A DNA stretch of 64,000 nt, taken from NCBI GenBank assembly GCA_022821235.1, contig JAJEEA010000129.1, positions 3,931-67,930 on the forward strand, in the 5' to 3' direction. Position numbers and translations under genes: made by a program. This document shows positions 53,148 to 62,664 of the stretch, in pieces (position 1 is the stretch's first letter; each line of letters starts with the position of its first letter). Source of the stretch: Vicinamibacteria bacterium. Lineage in GTDB: Bacteria > Acidobacteriota > Vicinamibacteria > Vicinamibacterales > UBA8438. The notes beneath the pieces were generated by a model that saw only the letters and a list, made by a program, of their open reading frames with translations, was not told the DNA's origin and searched no databases.

Positions 53148-54863
53148 CTAGTTGTCCGGCATGTACCAGATCGGCGACGTGTACGCGCGCTCCTGCAGCG
53201 TCGGCATCACGTCGCCGCGCGGGGGGAGGCCGGCCGCCGCGGTGTCGTAGGTCGACCAGCGCGGGGTGGGGATCTCGATGACCCGCACGTAGTAGACCGC
53301 GTGCACGTCGGGGTCGAAGTCGGGGTCCCGCCAGACGGCCTCGAGCGACGCCGCGCCGATGTCGTTGGTGTAGGTCGCGAGCATGACGTCGACGGTGTTG
53401 CCGACCGGCGGCGCCTTTCCGGTGGGGCCGACGCGCCGGCCGTCGGACAGCGCCACGTCGTAGATGCGCTCGAACGTCTCGCCCTCCGCGGTCCAGCCCT
53501 TGACGACCTGGATGCGGTCGAGGTTGGCCGCGACGGGGTCCTTCGCAGCCCGGACGACGAAGACGGGCGCCTCGCCCTCGGCCCCGCGCAGCACCCCGCC
53601 CATCGGGACGCCGCCGGCATACCCCCGCGCGACCCAGTCGTCGCCGTCCAGCACGTCGTCGGCGTAGTCCCAGCCCCCGAAGAAGCGCACGTTGATGCGG
53701 GTCCCCGTCGTGGCGTAGGTCTCGCGGCGGCGGAACGCGGCGTAGAGCTCTTCGCGGGTGTTCTCGTTGGCCCAGGCCGCGGTGAGCCCGGCGGCGCTGC
53801 GTGCGACGAACGGCAGCCGGCTCCAGGTGTTGGTGACCAGCCGCTCCTCGAGCGTCGCGTCGACCGCGTCGCCCGACATGCTCGTCATGTTGTCCTCTTC
53901 CACCGCCGAGGTGCCGGAGTGGAAGTCGGTGGCGCCGACGAAGCCGAACTGGAACGGGTTGAAGCCTCGGTCGGCCTGCATCCGCACCCCGTTGACGAGC
54001 GCCTCGCGCACGTAGCTGCCGGGCACGAGCCCGTCGACGCGGACCACCCCGGCGCGGGGCCCGTCCCCGCCGATGGGCCGGTTCGCGAGGAGGAGCTCGG
54101 GGAACAGCTCGAAGTCGGCGAACTCGTCGTTCGGCGACAGGACCGGGTGCGTCTCGGACGTGCCCTTGGCCTGCGTTATCTCCACCACCGGCTCGTTGCG
54201 CAGGCGCTGCGCCGCGTAGTCGGCGGTCATCGGCGCGCCCGCGAAGTCGACGAGCGCGAACATCTTGCCGTTGCTGACGTTCGAGTTGTGGGGGATCGCC
54301 AGCGCCTCGACGCCGGCGGCGCGCTGGGTGTCCAGGAAGTCCCAGAGGTCTTCCGGGTTGTCGGAATCGAGCCGCGAGAACGGGAAGGGCAGGTCGTCGG
54401 TACCCGCGAAGATGACGTTGCGGTGCAGGTTGCCCTCGCGCGTACCCACCGTCCACTCGTAGGCGGCGAACGTGGTGAACTCGCCCGGCGCGTAGTGCCT
54501 GACCGCGGCCGCGACGATGTCCGCCCAGACCGCCTGCCCGAGGTTCGGCGGGGGATTGGGCCCCGCCTGCCTGCGGCCGATGTTCTCGGCGTGGTCCGTC
54601 ACGGCCAGGAAGTCGAGCGGGGTCCGGAGCCGGATCTCGATGCCTCCCACGTGGGGGACGGCCTCGCCCTTGGCGTAGCGGTAGGCGTCGTCCGGCGTGC
54701 GCGTCGTGCCGAACGTGGCGGCGTCGTTCGAGTAGCGCGTGTGCAGGTGCAGGTCGCCGAAGTAGACGTTCTCCGACACGGCCGGGCCCTGGGCGGCGGC
54801 CCCGGCGGCGACCCCCGTCGCGAGCAACGTCACCGGCCACAGCTTCTTGGCGAATCTCCTCAT
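53148..54863 (-). CDS. DUF3604 domain-containing protein (PHP-like metal-dependent hydrolase fold), secreted
   Basis: ATG 54863 and a signal peptide, then VYFGDLHLHTRYSNDA, FLAVTDHAE and IPHNSNVSNGKMF. Confidence 0.88.
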   Translation of the reverse strand: MRRFAKKLWPVTLLATGVAAGAAAQGPAVSENVYFGDLHLHTRYSNDAATFGTTRTPDDAYRYAKGEAVPHVGGIEIRLRTPLDFLAVTDHAENIGRRQAGPNPPPNLGQAVWADIVAAAVRHYAPGEFTTFAAYEWTVGTREGNLHRNVIFAGTDDLPFPFSRLDSDNPEDLWDFLDTQRAAGVEALAIPHNSNVSNGKMFALVDFAGAPMTADYAAQRLRNEPVVEITQAKGTSETHPVLSPNDEFADFELFPELLLANRPIGGDGPRAGVVRVDGLVPGSYVREALVNGVRMQADRGFNPFQFGFVGATDFHSGTSAVEEDNMTSMSGDAVDATLEERLVTNTWSRLPFVARSAAGLTAAWANENTREELYAAFRRRETYATTGTRINVRFFGGWDYADDVLDGDDWVARGYAGGVPMGGVLRGAEGEAPVFVVRAAKDPVAANLDRIQVVKGWTAEGETFERIYDVALSDGRRVGPTGKAPPVGNTVDVMLATYTNDIGAASLEAVWRDPDFDPDVHAVYYVRVIEIPTPRWSTYDTAAAGLPPRGDVMPTLQERAYTSPIWYMPDN

Positions 54864-55151
54864 GGTCTCTCGCTTTCCGGGGACGGCAACGGCCTCGCTG
54901 CTTCGGTCCTGTTCGCGCCCATCGTAGTCCGTGCGGAACCGTCCGGCAAGGTCCGGCAAGACAGATTCGGGTGCGAAGGCGCGCGTCACGCGGAATGACC
55001 GCGCAGACGAGAGGGTCGCGCGGGATCGCGGCCGAGGTCGCGGCGCAGGTATGTCGAAGCGGGCCCGGCGCGACACCGCCTCGACCCCTGCCTGCCAGGA
55101 GTCAAGGAGGACCGGCGGAAGACCAGGCCGACTTGCTGGAGCTGCCTTCAG

Positions 55152-56357
55152 CTACCGGGCGTCGTCCTTGCCCTCGTCGTCGCCCTTCCCGCCGGGCTGG
55201 TTGAAGTAGTCGCTCTTGTGCGGGTAGTCGTCGCCCACGACCCCGCCTTCGCGTCCCTGCGCCGACGGCACGACCCAGTCGCAGCCCGGCGTGTTCTCCG
55301 GCCCCGCGAGCCAGCAGTCGACGAGCTCCTGGTAGTCGTCGGCCATGCTGCCGGGAGCGTGCGGGGGCATGAAGCTGTTCACCTCGAGCTCGGCGGCCTC
55401 GAAGATCTGCGAGATCTCCATCGGGGCGCTGTGGCAGCCGAGGCAGCGGTTGCCCTCGATGTGGATGGTGCGCATGTCCCAGTTTGAGCCCCCGACCACG
55501 TAGTAGGGCACGTCCCGGCCGGTGATCTCGGGCATGACGGGGCGGCTGGGGTCGTCGGGGTCGCGGGCGCTGTCCATGAACGGGTCGTGGATGAACGGGC
55601 CGGACTGGTGGCACTGGACGCACTGCACGACGTCGGGCTCGCCGTCCCGGTTCATGTCGGCCGGCGGGGGCGGCATGAAGGCGTCGTTGAAGTCGGGGTC
55701 GTCGGGTCCGGGCAGTTGACCCACCATGCGGTGCCCGTCGAACGAGACCCACGGCCTCTGATCGCGGATGTCGGAGTTCGCCGGATGATCCTCGGGCAGC
55801 GAGTGCCGGCCGTCGGCGGCCTCGAAGAAGCAGGTCGCGCCCGACTGCCGGTTGTAGCCGATGAGCTGCACCGAGCCCCAGCCGCGCTGCTCGAGGTTCT
55901 CCGGGCCCACCGAGCGGCAGAAGTACACCCACGAAACCTGCGGCAGGGGATTGCCGCCGGCGTCGCGTCCCTCCACGTGTCCGAGGCGCGAGCCCGGCGA
56001 GCAGCCGCCCCGCAGCCCGTCCGGGTTGTCGCAGGCGTAATTGCCGGGATCCTCGAACACCTCGACGCCGTCGACGGTGATCGGGATCAGGACTCCGCCG
56101 TCGCAGGCGATCTTCGGGACGCGCCCCAGCTCGGGCTCGCACATGGCGGCGTACTCGGTGGCCAGGAAGGGCATCGGTGCCCCGGAACCGGTCGCTGCCG
56201 CCGCGGGTGTCTGCTCCGCGGCGCAGGACGCCGCTCCGGTCGCCTCGACGCTCAGCCCTGTCCCGGTCCCGGGGGACGACGCGTTACCGGCCGATGACAG
56301 CAGCGCCAGGGCGAGCAGGAGCAGGAAACAGCCGGCGAGACGTGATGTGAGAGACAT
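55152..56357 (-). CDS. secreted Cys-rich protein with two CxxCH motifs (putative di-heme c-type cytochrome, family unknown)
   Basis: ATG 56357 and the signal peptide MSLTSRLAGCFLLLLALALLSSAG. CVQCH and WDMRTIHIEGNRCLGCH. Paralog at 60021..61119. Confidence 0.8.
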   Translation of the reverse strand: MSLTSRLAGCFLLLLALALLSSAGNASSPGTGTGLSVEATGAASCAAEQTPAAAATGSGAPMPFLATEYAAMCEPELGRVPKIACDGGVLIPITVDGVEVFEDPGNYACDNPDGLRGGCSPGSRLGHVEGRDAGGNPLPQVSWVYFCRSVGPENLEQRGWGSVQLIGYNRQSGATCFFEAADGRHSLPEDHPANSDIRDQRPWVSFDGHRMVGQLPGPDDPDFNDAFMPPPPADMNRDGEPDVVQCVQCHQSGPFIHDPFMDSARDPDDPSRPVMPEITGRDVPYYVVGGSNWDMRTIHIEGNRCLGCHSAPMEISQIFEAAELEVNSFMPPHAPGSMADDYQELVDCWLAGPENTPGCDWVVPSAQGREGGVVGDDYPHKSDYFNQPGGKGDDEGKDDAR

Positions 56358-56766
56358 GGTGAGATTATCGCACCGGGAACGAATGGCTTGTCCGGCAACC
56401 GAGCGGCGATGGTCCGTATTGGCTCCCTCCCGGCCATCCTGCCTGCCCCTCGTTCCCGACCCTGCCCGCCCGGAACCCCGGTCCGCCCCGCCGGAGTGAT
56501 AGCCCTCGGCGCCGCCGGATGCCCCCATCCCCGCGCCGGTCGGCCGGGGCTGGCGTCCTGCATGGGCGTGTCGTGGCGACGTAGAGCTGGTGGCAGCGCC
56601 GAGGGCGTGCGAGCGGCCGGAGACCGGTCGGGACTGACCAACGGGCGCACGTACGAGGCACGGTGGCGGCGCCGACTCCGCGTGAGCGGCCGGGGACCGG
56701 CCGGCCGGCATGCGCTCGTGGTCGGGCCTCGGCTGCGGCAACGAGGACAAGCGGGACCCACGTGGT

Positions 56767-57435
56767 TCAGAAATCGTGCCTTCGGACGGTTACGGCGGCA
56801 AGACACATGGACGCGGCGACGATCAGGACGAGGACCCAGGCGACTCTCCACAGGGCCGCCTCACCTGCCATGACCATGGCCGCCAGCGGCGTGGGCTCGA
56901 ATGGCGGAGCGGCAATCAAGAGAGTGACGACGCCGGCGTTGAACACCCATGGCGCCAGCCGTTCATTCCGGAGCGTCAGCAAGACGGCGACCGCCTGCAG
57001 CGCCACGGCGAGCAGTCCGGCGACGATACTGGTTGCCGCCATCGCGCCGAGCGCAACGCCCCGGCCGGTCGCCAGCATGCCCGTGGCGCCGGCGGTCAGC
57101 AGGGCGGCGAACAGCATCGCCGTGGACCCGGCGCCGACCACGAAGCGCGTCCAGAGCAACGTGAACCGGGCCGCGGGCAGCGTCAGCGTGTAGTGCAGGG
57201 ACGGGTGGCGCGACGCCGCGATGGTCCGAACGCCGGTGCCCGCAAGCATGAGGCTGCCGAACACCACGAAGGTGGACAACCCGATGTAGGCCGCGACCCA
57301 AACGCGCGGCGGGCCGGCCCATGGGAACAACGGCGCCGTCGCAAGAAGCAAGCAGAGCGGCGCCTCTGCGATGCCGGCGATCGTCACGGGGAGGCGAATC
57401 TCCAGCCAGTGTCGGTACCAGATGGCGGGCGTCAT
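56767..57435 (-). CDS. polytopic membrane protein (ABC-2-like permease candidate)
   Basis: MTPAIWYRHWLEIRLPV followed by about 6 hydrophobic segments. Paralog of 57562..58251. Confidence 0.75.
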   Translation of the reverse strand: MTPAIWYRHWLEIRLPVTIAGIAEAPLCLLLATAPLFPWAGPPRVWVAAYIGLSTFVVFGSLMLAGTGVRTIAASRHPSLHYTLTLPAARFTLLWTRFVVGAGSTAMLFAALLTAGATGMLATGRGVALGAMAATSIVAGLLAVALQAVAVLLTLRNERLAPWVFNAGVVTLLIAAPPFEPTPLAAMVMAGEAALWRVAWVLVLIVAASMCLAAVTVRRHDF

Positions 57436-57561
57436 CGCGACTCCTTCAAGCACTTCATCGGGACCGTGATCGACAAGCGTTGCCAACTGCGCGCAGGGGC
57501 AGCCGGTTGCAGCCGGGTTGGCGCTCGCGGCACACGGCAAGGCACATCTCCGTCATCGTCC

Positions 57562-58247
57562 TCAGTACTCGTTGACCCACGCCACACGCACCGTGAACGC
57601 GACGGCCGCAGGGATGACGATCAGGCAGGCGATCAGAGGAATCCATGGCGCATCGCCGCGAGCCGGGCCGGCAACGACGTAGCTGACGGGCCGCATCGTC
57701 GCCAGGTACAGCACGAAGTACGCCAACCAGGTCCAGGGGTAGCTGCCGAGCAACGTCACGAGGGCACCCACGACCGCGAGCAGGGCCGCCGCCAGCGGGA
57801 CGCCGAGCGCAAGGGACTGCACCACGGGGACGAGCGGGATGCCGTGTCCCCGTGCGACCAGGATGGCGGCGCCCGCGGCGGACAGCAGCACGCCGGCCAG
57901 CGCGGTAGCCGCGAGCGCAGCGGCCAGGCGGGTGCAGATCAGGCGGGTGCGCGAGACCGGCAGGGTCAGCGTATAGGCAACGGCGGCGCCGGACGGCCGG
58001 AGGAGGGAATCGAACCCGGCACCGGCCAGGGCCAACGTCGCAGCGAAGATGAAAAAGGGGGTGCGTCCGGCGAACTCGGCCCAGACCAGCACCCGATCGC
58101 CGATGGTCTGTCCCAGTCGCGTTTCTGTCAGCGTCTGGCCGAACTCCAGTAGACGAAACGGACCGGTGACGGTCAGCGCGATCAACAGCGACAGGCCGAC
58201 CGTGACGAGCAGGCCGGTACGCAGCTCGAGCCAGTGTCGGTACCAGA

Positions 58248-58251
<4 letters not shown>
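57562..58251 (-). CDS. polytopic membrane protein (ABC-2-like permease candidate)
   Basis: MIWYRHWLELRTGLL followed by about 6 hydrophobic segments. Its start overlaps the ATPase stop (ATGA-type overlap at 58248-58251). Confidence 0.8.
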
Positions 58252-59107
<856 letters not shown>

Positions 59108-59111
<4 letters not shown>

Positions 59112-59494
59112 TTCCTGCGGACCTCCCCACCGGTCTCCGCCAGCTCCGATTCGAACAGCCTCCGGATGGCGCCGTCGTCGAGGCCCTGGGCCCGCAGCGC
59201 CGCCACCGTGCGCTTGACCGAGGCACGGCCTTCGCGGACCGCCCGTCGATTCCCGGCCGTGGTCTCGGCCACGAACGCCCCCGCGCCGTGGCGCAGCGCA
59301 ATTAGGCCGGCGTGCTCCATCTCGCGGTAGGCCTTCGCGACCGTATTCGGGTTCATGACGAGTTGCTCCGCCAGTCTGCGCATCCCGGGGAGCTGATCGC
59401 CCGGCCTCAGCGCGCCCGCCTCGATCGCGTGCCGGACCTGCTCGATCAGTTGCAGGTACATCGGCACGCCGGATTGCGGATTGATGCGAAACAC
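59108..59494 (-). CDS. GntR-family transcriptional regulator, short YtrA-like subfamily
   Basis: 128 aa, GTG start. PMYLQLIEQVRHAIEAGALRPGDQLPGMRRLAEQLVMNPNTVAKAYREMEHAGLI. First gene of the GntR-ABC-permease operon. Confidence 0.9.
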
Positions 59495-60020
59495 CGTCTA
59501 TAGTGCTATTACTATGGTACTGTTGGGGCGGTGTCAAGTGGGGAATCTCGATCGGCGCCGGATTACGGCCCGTCGGTCGCGCGGCCGGTGAAGCGGTGGG
59601 CCTCGCCACCGGCTCGCCGAGGTGCTCTACGTCGACAATCGTACGGGGCGCGGTCCGACTCGCTCGTGCAATCGCCTGGCAGCCCGTGGTGGCGCGCCGC
59701 GTTGCACCGAGAGCAGCGAGGCGCCCGCTTGGCAAGGCGTGAGGAGGGCGCATATTGGGCATAGGTAACCGACGAACAACGCAGTCAGGAGGGATGCATC
59801 GCTGCTCGTCGGCACAGCAGCAACCGGCTGATCTCGGATGGCGGGCGCGAGAGGTTGGCCAATTCGCCGAGTGCGCCGAAGGCACGAGGAAACAAGAGAA
59901 TCCTGACGCCGCCCGGGCCGGCGGGGGAGTCGTGGGCCGCCGAACGAGACGTCATGCCCAGCCTGACAGCCTTCGGAGGGTCGGGTCGGGGCCGGGCTTT
60001 GCCGGCCGGCGATGCGAGTG

Positions 60021-61119
60021 TCAGCACCCGGGCCGGCGCCACCCGCCACCCGAGCGGCGCCCGGCGCCCCCCGTCCCGCGGTTGAAGCGGGCCGCGGCGT
60101 GCGGGTAGTCCGCCCCCACGACGCCGCCGTCGCAGCCGCCGGCCGGCGGAATCACCCAGTCGCAGCCGGGGGTGTTCTCGGGGCCGTTCTCCCAGCACTC
60201 GACGAGCTCCTGGTAGTCGGCGGCGAAGGAGCCGGGGGCGTGCGGCGGCATGTGCTCGTTGGGGTCCCAGTGGTCGCCCGTGTACTCGGCCAGGGTCTCC
60301 ATGCCGATGCGGTGACATCCGAGGCACCGGTTGCCCTCGATGTGGATGGTCCGCATGTCCCAGTCCTGTCCCCCCACGACGTAGTAGGGCGGGTCGGGGC
60401 CGCGCAGGACGGGCAGCACCGGCTGGCGCGGGTCCTCGGGCAGGCGCGCGCCGTTGATCCAGGGGTTGTGGTTGAACGGGTCCGCCTGGTGGCAACGCAC
60501 GCACTGGACGCCCGGCACCGTGTAGGTCCTGGTCGAACGCCGGATCGTCGGGTCCGGGGAGCACGCCGAGCAGCCGGTTGTTCTCGTCCACGTGCGTCCA
60601 GGGCCGGTTGTCGCCCGACTCGAAGAAGCAGGTCGCCCCGGTGTCGTAGTTGTAGCCGATCAACTGCACCGAATCGGGCATGTCGAAGCCAACCACGTCG
60701 TCGCGCCCGTCGTGGCGGCAGAAGCTGACCCATACCACGTCGTCCCGGGGGGTGCCGTCGGCGTTCCTGCCCGTGTAGCGCTGCAGGCTCGAGCCGGGCA
60801 TGCAGTCGCCGATCTGCAGGCTGGCCTTGTCGCACTCGTGCAGGCCGGGGTCTTCGAACACCTCCGCGCCGTCGACGGTGATCGGAAGCAGGACGCCCGC
60901 GCCGCAGTCGACGGTGGGCGCGACGCCGAGCTCCAGCGCGCACATGGCGGCGTACTCGCGGGCGCTCGACGGCATGTCGCCGCAGGTCGTGCCCGGAATG
61001 CACTCGTCGGCGGGGACCTGGGCGGCGCGTTCACCGGTGGCGCTCACGGCGAAGAGGGCCAGCGTGAAGAGCGCGGTCAGGGCGAGGTTGCGACTGAGGT
61101 TCCTTCGAAGTGGGTCCAT
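60021..61119 (-). pseudogene. paralog of the double-CxxCH secreted protein, interrupted by one frameshift
   Basis: GAGGAG Shine-Dalgarno and ATG 61119 with a signal peptide. The N-terminal 200 aa are in ORF 59785..61203. The C-terminal part (YTVPGVQCVRCH...NRCLGCH...ENTPGCDWV) is in ORF 60021..60518. The frames join near 60519-60528. Confidence 0.78.
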
Positions 61120-61329
61120 GGAGCTCCTCGATCGAACATGGTCCGCGTACGAAGAATGCCCGCGCGATCGGTCGAGGTCAAGGCCGAACCCGTAAGGGTG
61201 CACGACACGAGAGTGAGACGCCGCCGAGCACTACACGCGAATCGCCGGCCCTGACCCGTGTCGGGCGGTCATCTGTAGAGTCGGCCGCCTGTCCCTTGCA
61301 GGTCGCCTCCGCCTGCAGGCGCGGACGCC

Positions 61330-61975
61330 GCAACTGGTGGACCACCCAATCCGGGTCCAGACGCTGAACCCGCAGACTGGATCCAACGCCTCGTCATCCG
61401 CGGCCGGAAGCACGAGCTCGGACTCGGCATCGTCCGTCTCCGTCTCCCTCGCCGAGGCTCGCGAGCAGGCCATCGCCAACCGCAAGCTCGCCCGCGCCAG
61501 CGGCGCCCCCCTTGCCGACAAGCGCCGCACTCAGGGCATCCCCACCTTCGCCGAGGCCGCCGTCACCGTGATCGAGCAGAAGCGGGGCGGTGGCGCAGCC
61601 CAGACAGGCGGCCGACTGGCTCCGCAGACTGGAACGCCACGTCTTCCCGGGCATCGGCTCCCGGCCCGTCTCCGAGGTCAACAGCGCCGACGTGCTGGCC
61701 GTCCTCACCCCCGTCTGGCCCGTCAAGATGCAGACTGCCCGGACCCTGCGCGAGTGCATCCGCCGGTGCTGGAGTGGGTGGTCCCGATGGAGTACCGGGC
61801 CGACAACCCCTGTGATCGCGTCCCTGCCGGTGCTCGGCCCACAACGCGAGGTCGTGCGGCACATGTGGCGGCGCCGGCCCACGTGGTTCGCAACCGGGTC
61901 GAGGCGGCCTACGCCAGGGCGGACCTGTTCAAGCGGCGCCGCCGCCTGATGGACGACTGGGCGACCTACCTCCCG
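61330..61975 (+). mobile_element. wrecked P4-type tyrosine integrase (multiple frameshifts, catalytic core deleted)
   Basis: Fragments lie in alternating frames: WIQRLVIRGRKHELGLG, VSLAEAREQAIANRKLARASGAPLADKRR..IPTFAEAA, PRQAADWLRRLERHVFPGIGSRPVSEVNSADVLAVLTPVW, VLEWVVPMEYRADNPCDRV. The sequence then jumps directly to the extreme C-terminus, VRNRVEAAYARADLFKRRRRLMDDWATYL. Confidence 0.75.
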
Positions 61976-62249
61976 GCAACCCGTCGTCCCGCTGAACGAC
62001 CTCCGGAAACGGCCGGGCGCGGGGCACAGGGGGCTGATCCGGTAGGCCCGCCCTGTGCCCAGCGGGACGGCCGAAAATCGCGTGCGCTGTGCGCGGCAAC
62101 GGAGACGAGGAGGCCCAGACTGGTAAAGGGCACACACAACCCCGCGAGGAAGGACGCTGGCGGGGCGTGGCCGGCCCGGGCCTCTCTCGCCGGGGCGGAC
62201 CCGTTGCCATCGACCGCGGCGGCGTGGTCGCCGGCGCCAGCCGTCGCGC

Positions 62250-62560
62250 GGTTGCGGCTTCTGGTGCCACGTCGGTGCTCGTCACCTCGGAGACCGGCCG
62301 CGTGCCGATGCGAGGGAGGACGCATCCATCGTTCGAAGCTCCCCCACTCAGTCCCTCACGTGCTATGGGTTGCGCCAGGCTTGCCGCATCTGATTCCAGA
62401 CTCGTTCGGTGGCGAAGGTGGCATGCGCTTGGCGTGGCGGCGGTCGGCCAGCGGGTCTCCGCCGGAAGGGGCGAGCTTGCGATTGCCAGGGGGTCTTCTC
62501 GCCGGCCTCGGCTCGCCGCCCGCTTGACACGCCCATGGACGATTGCGTACGCTACAGTAG
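62250..62560 (-). mobile_element. second integrase N-terminal fragment, inverted orientation
   Basis: Minus-strand fragments ATFATERVWNQMRQAWRNP(stop)HVRDW and LPRIGTRPVSEVTSTDV parallel the arm-binding/SAM-like region of the copy at 61330-61975. Confidence 0.55.
62524..62553 (+). promoter_or_regulatory. promoter candidate TTGACA-18-TACGCT upstream of the DGQHR gene
   Basis: TTGACA at 62524-62529 and TACGCT (TAnnnT) at 62548-62553. Confidence 0.4.
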
Positions 62561-62664
62561 TTTCAGTCACCGCGCAGAGTTGTCGTGTCATGGGTCCGCT
62601 GAAGGTGGTCGAGCGACCATCGGTATGGGCCGCACCGCAACGTTACGGTGACGAAGGTGGTTCG

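Noticed and set aside
59495-59525. AT-rich TCTATAGTGCTATTACTATGGTACT upstream of the GntR gene as its operator.
   Set aside because: It is only an imperfect palindrome (AGT..C.AT....AT.G..ACT). It is plausible as a promoter/operator region but too weak to annotate.
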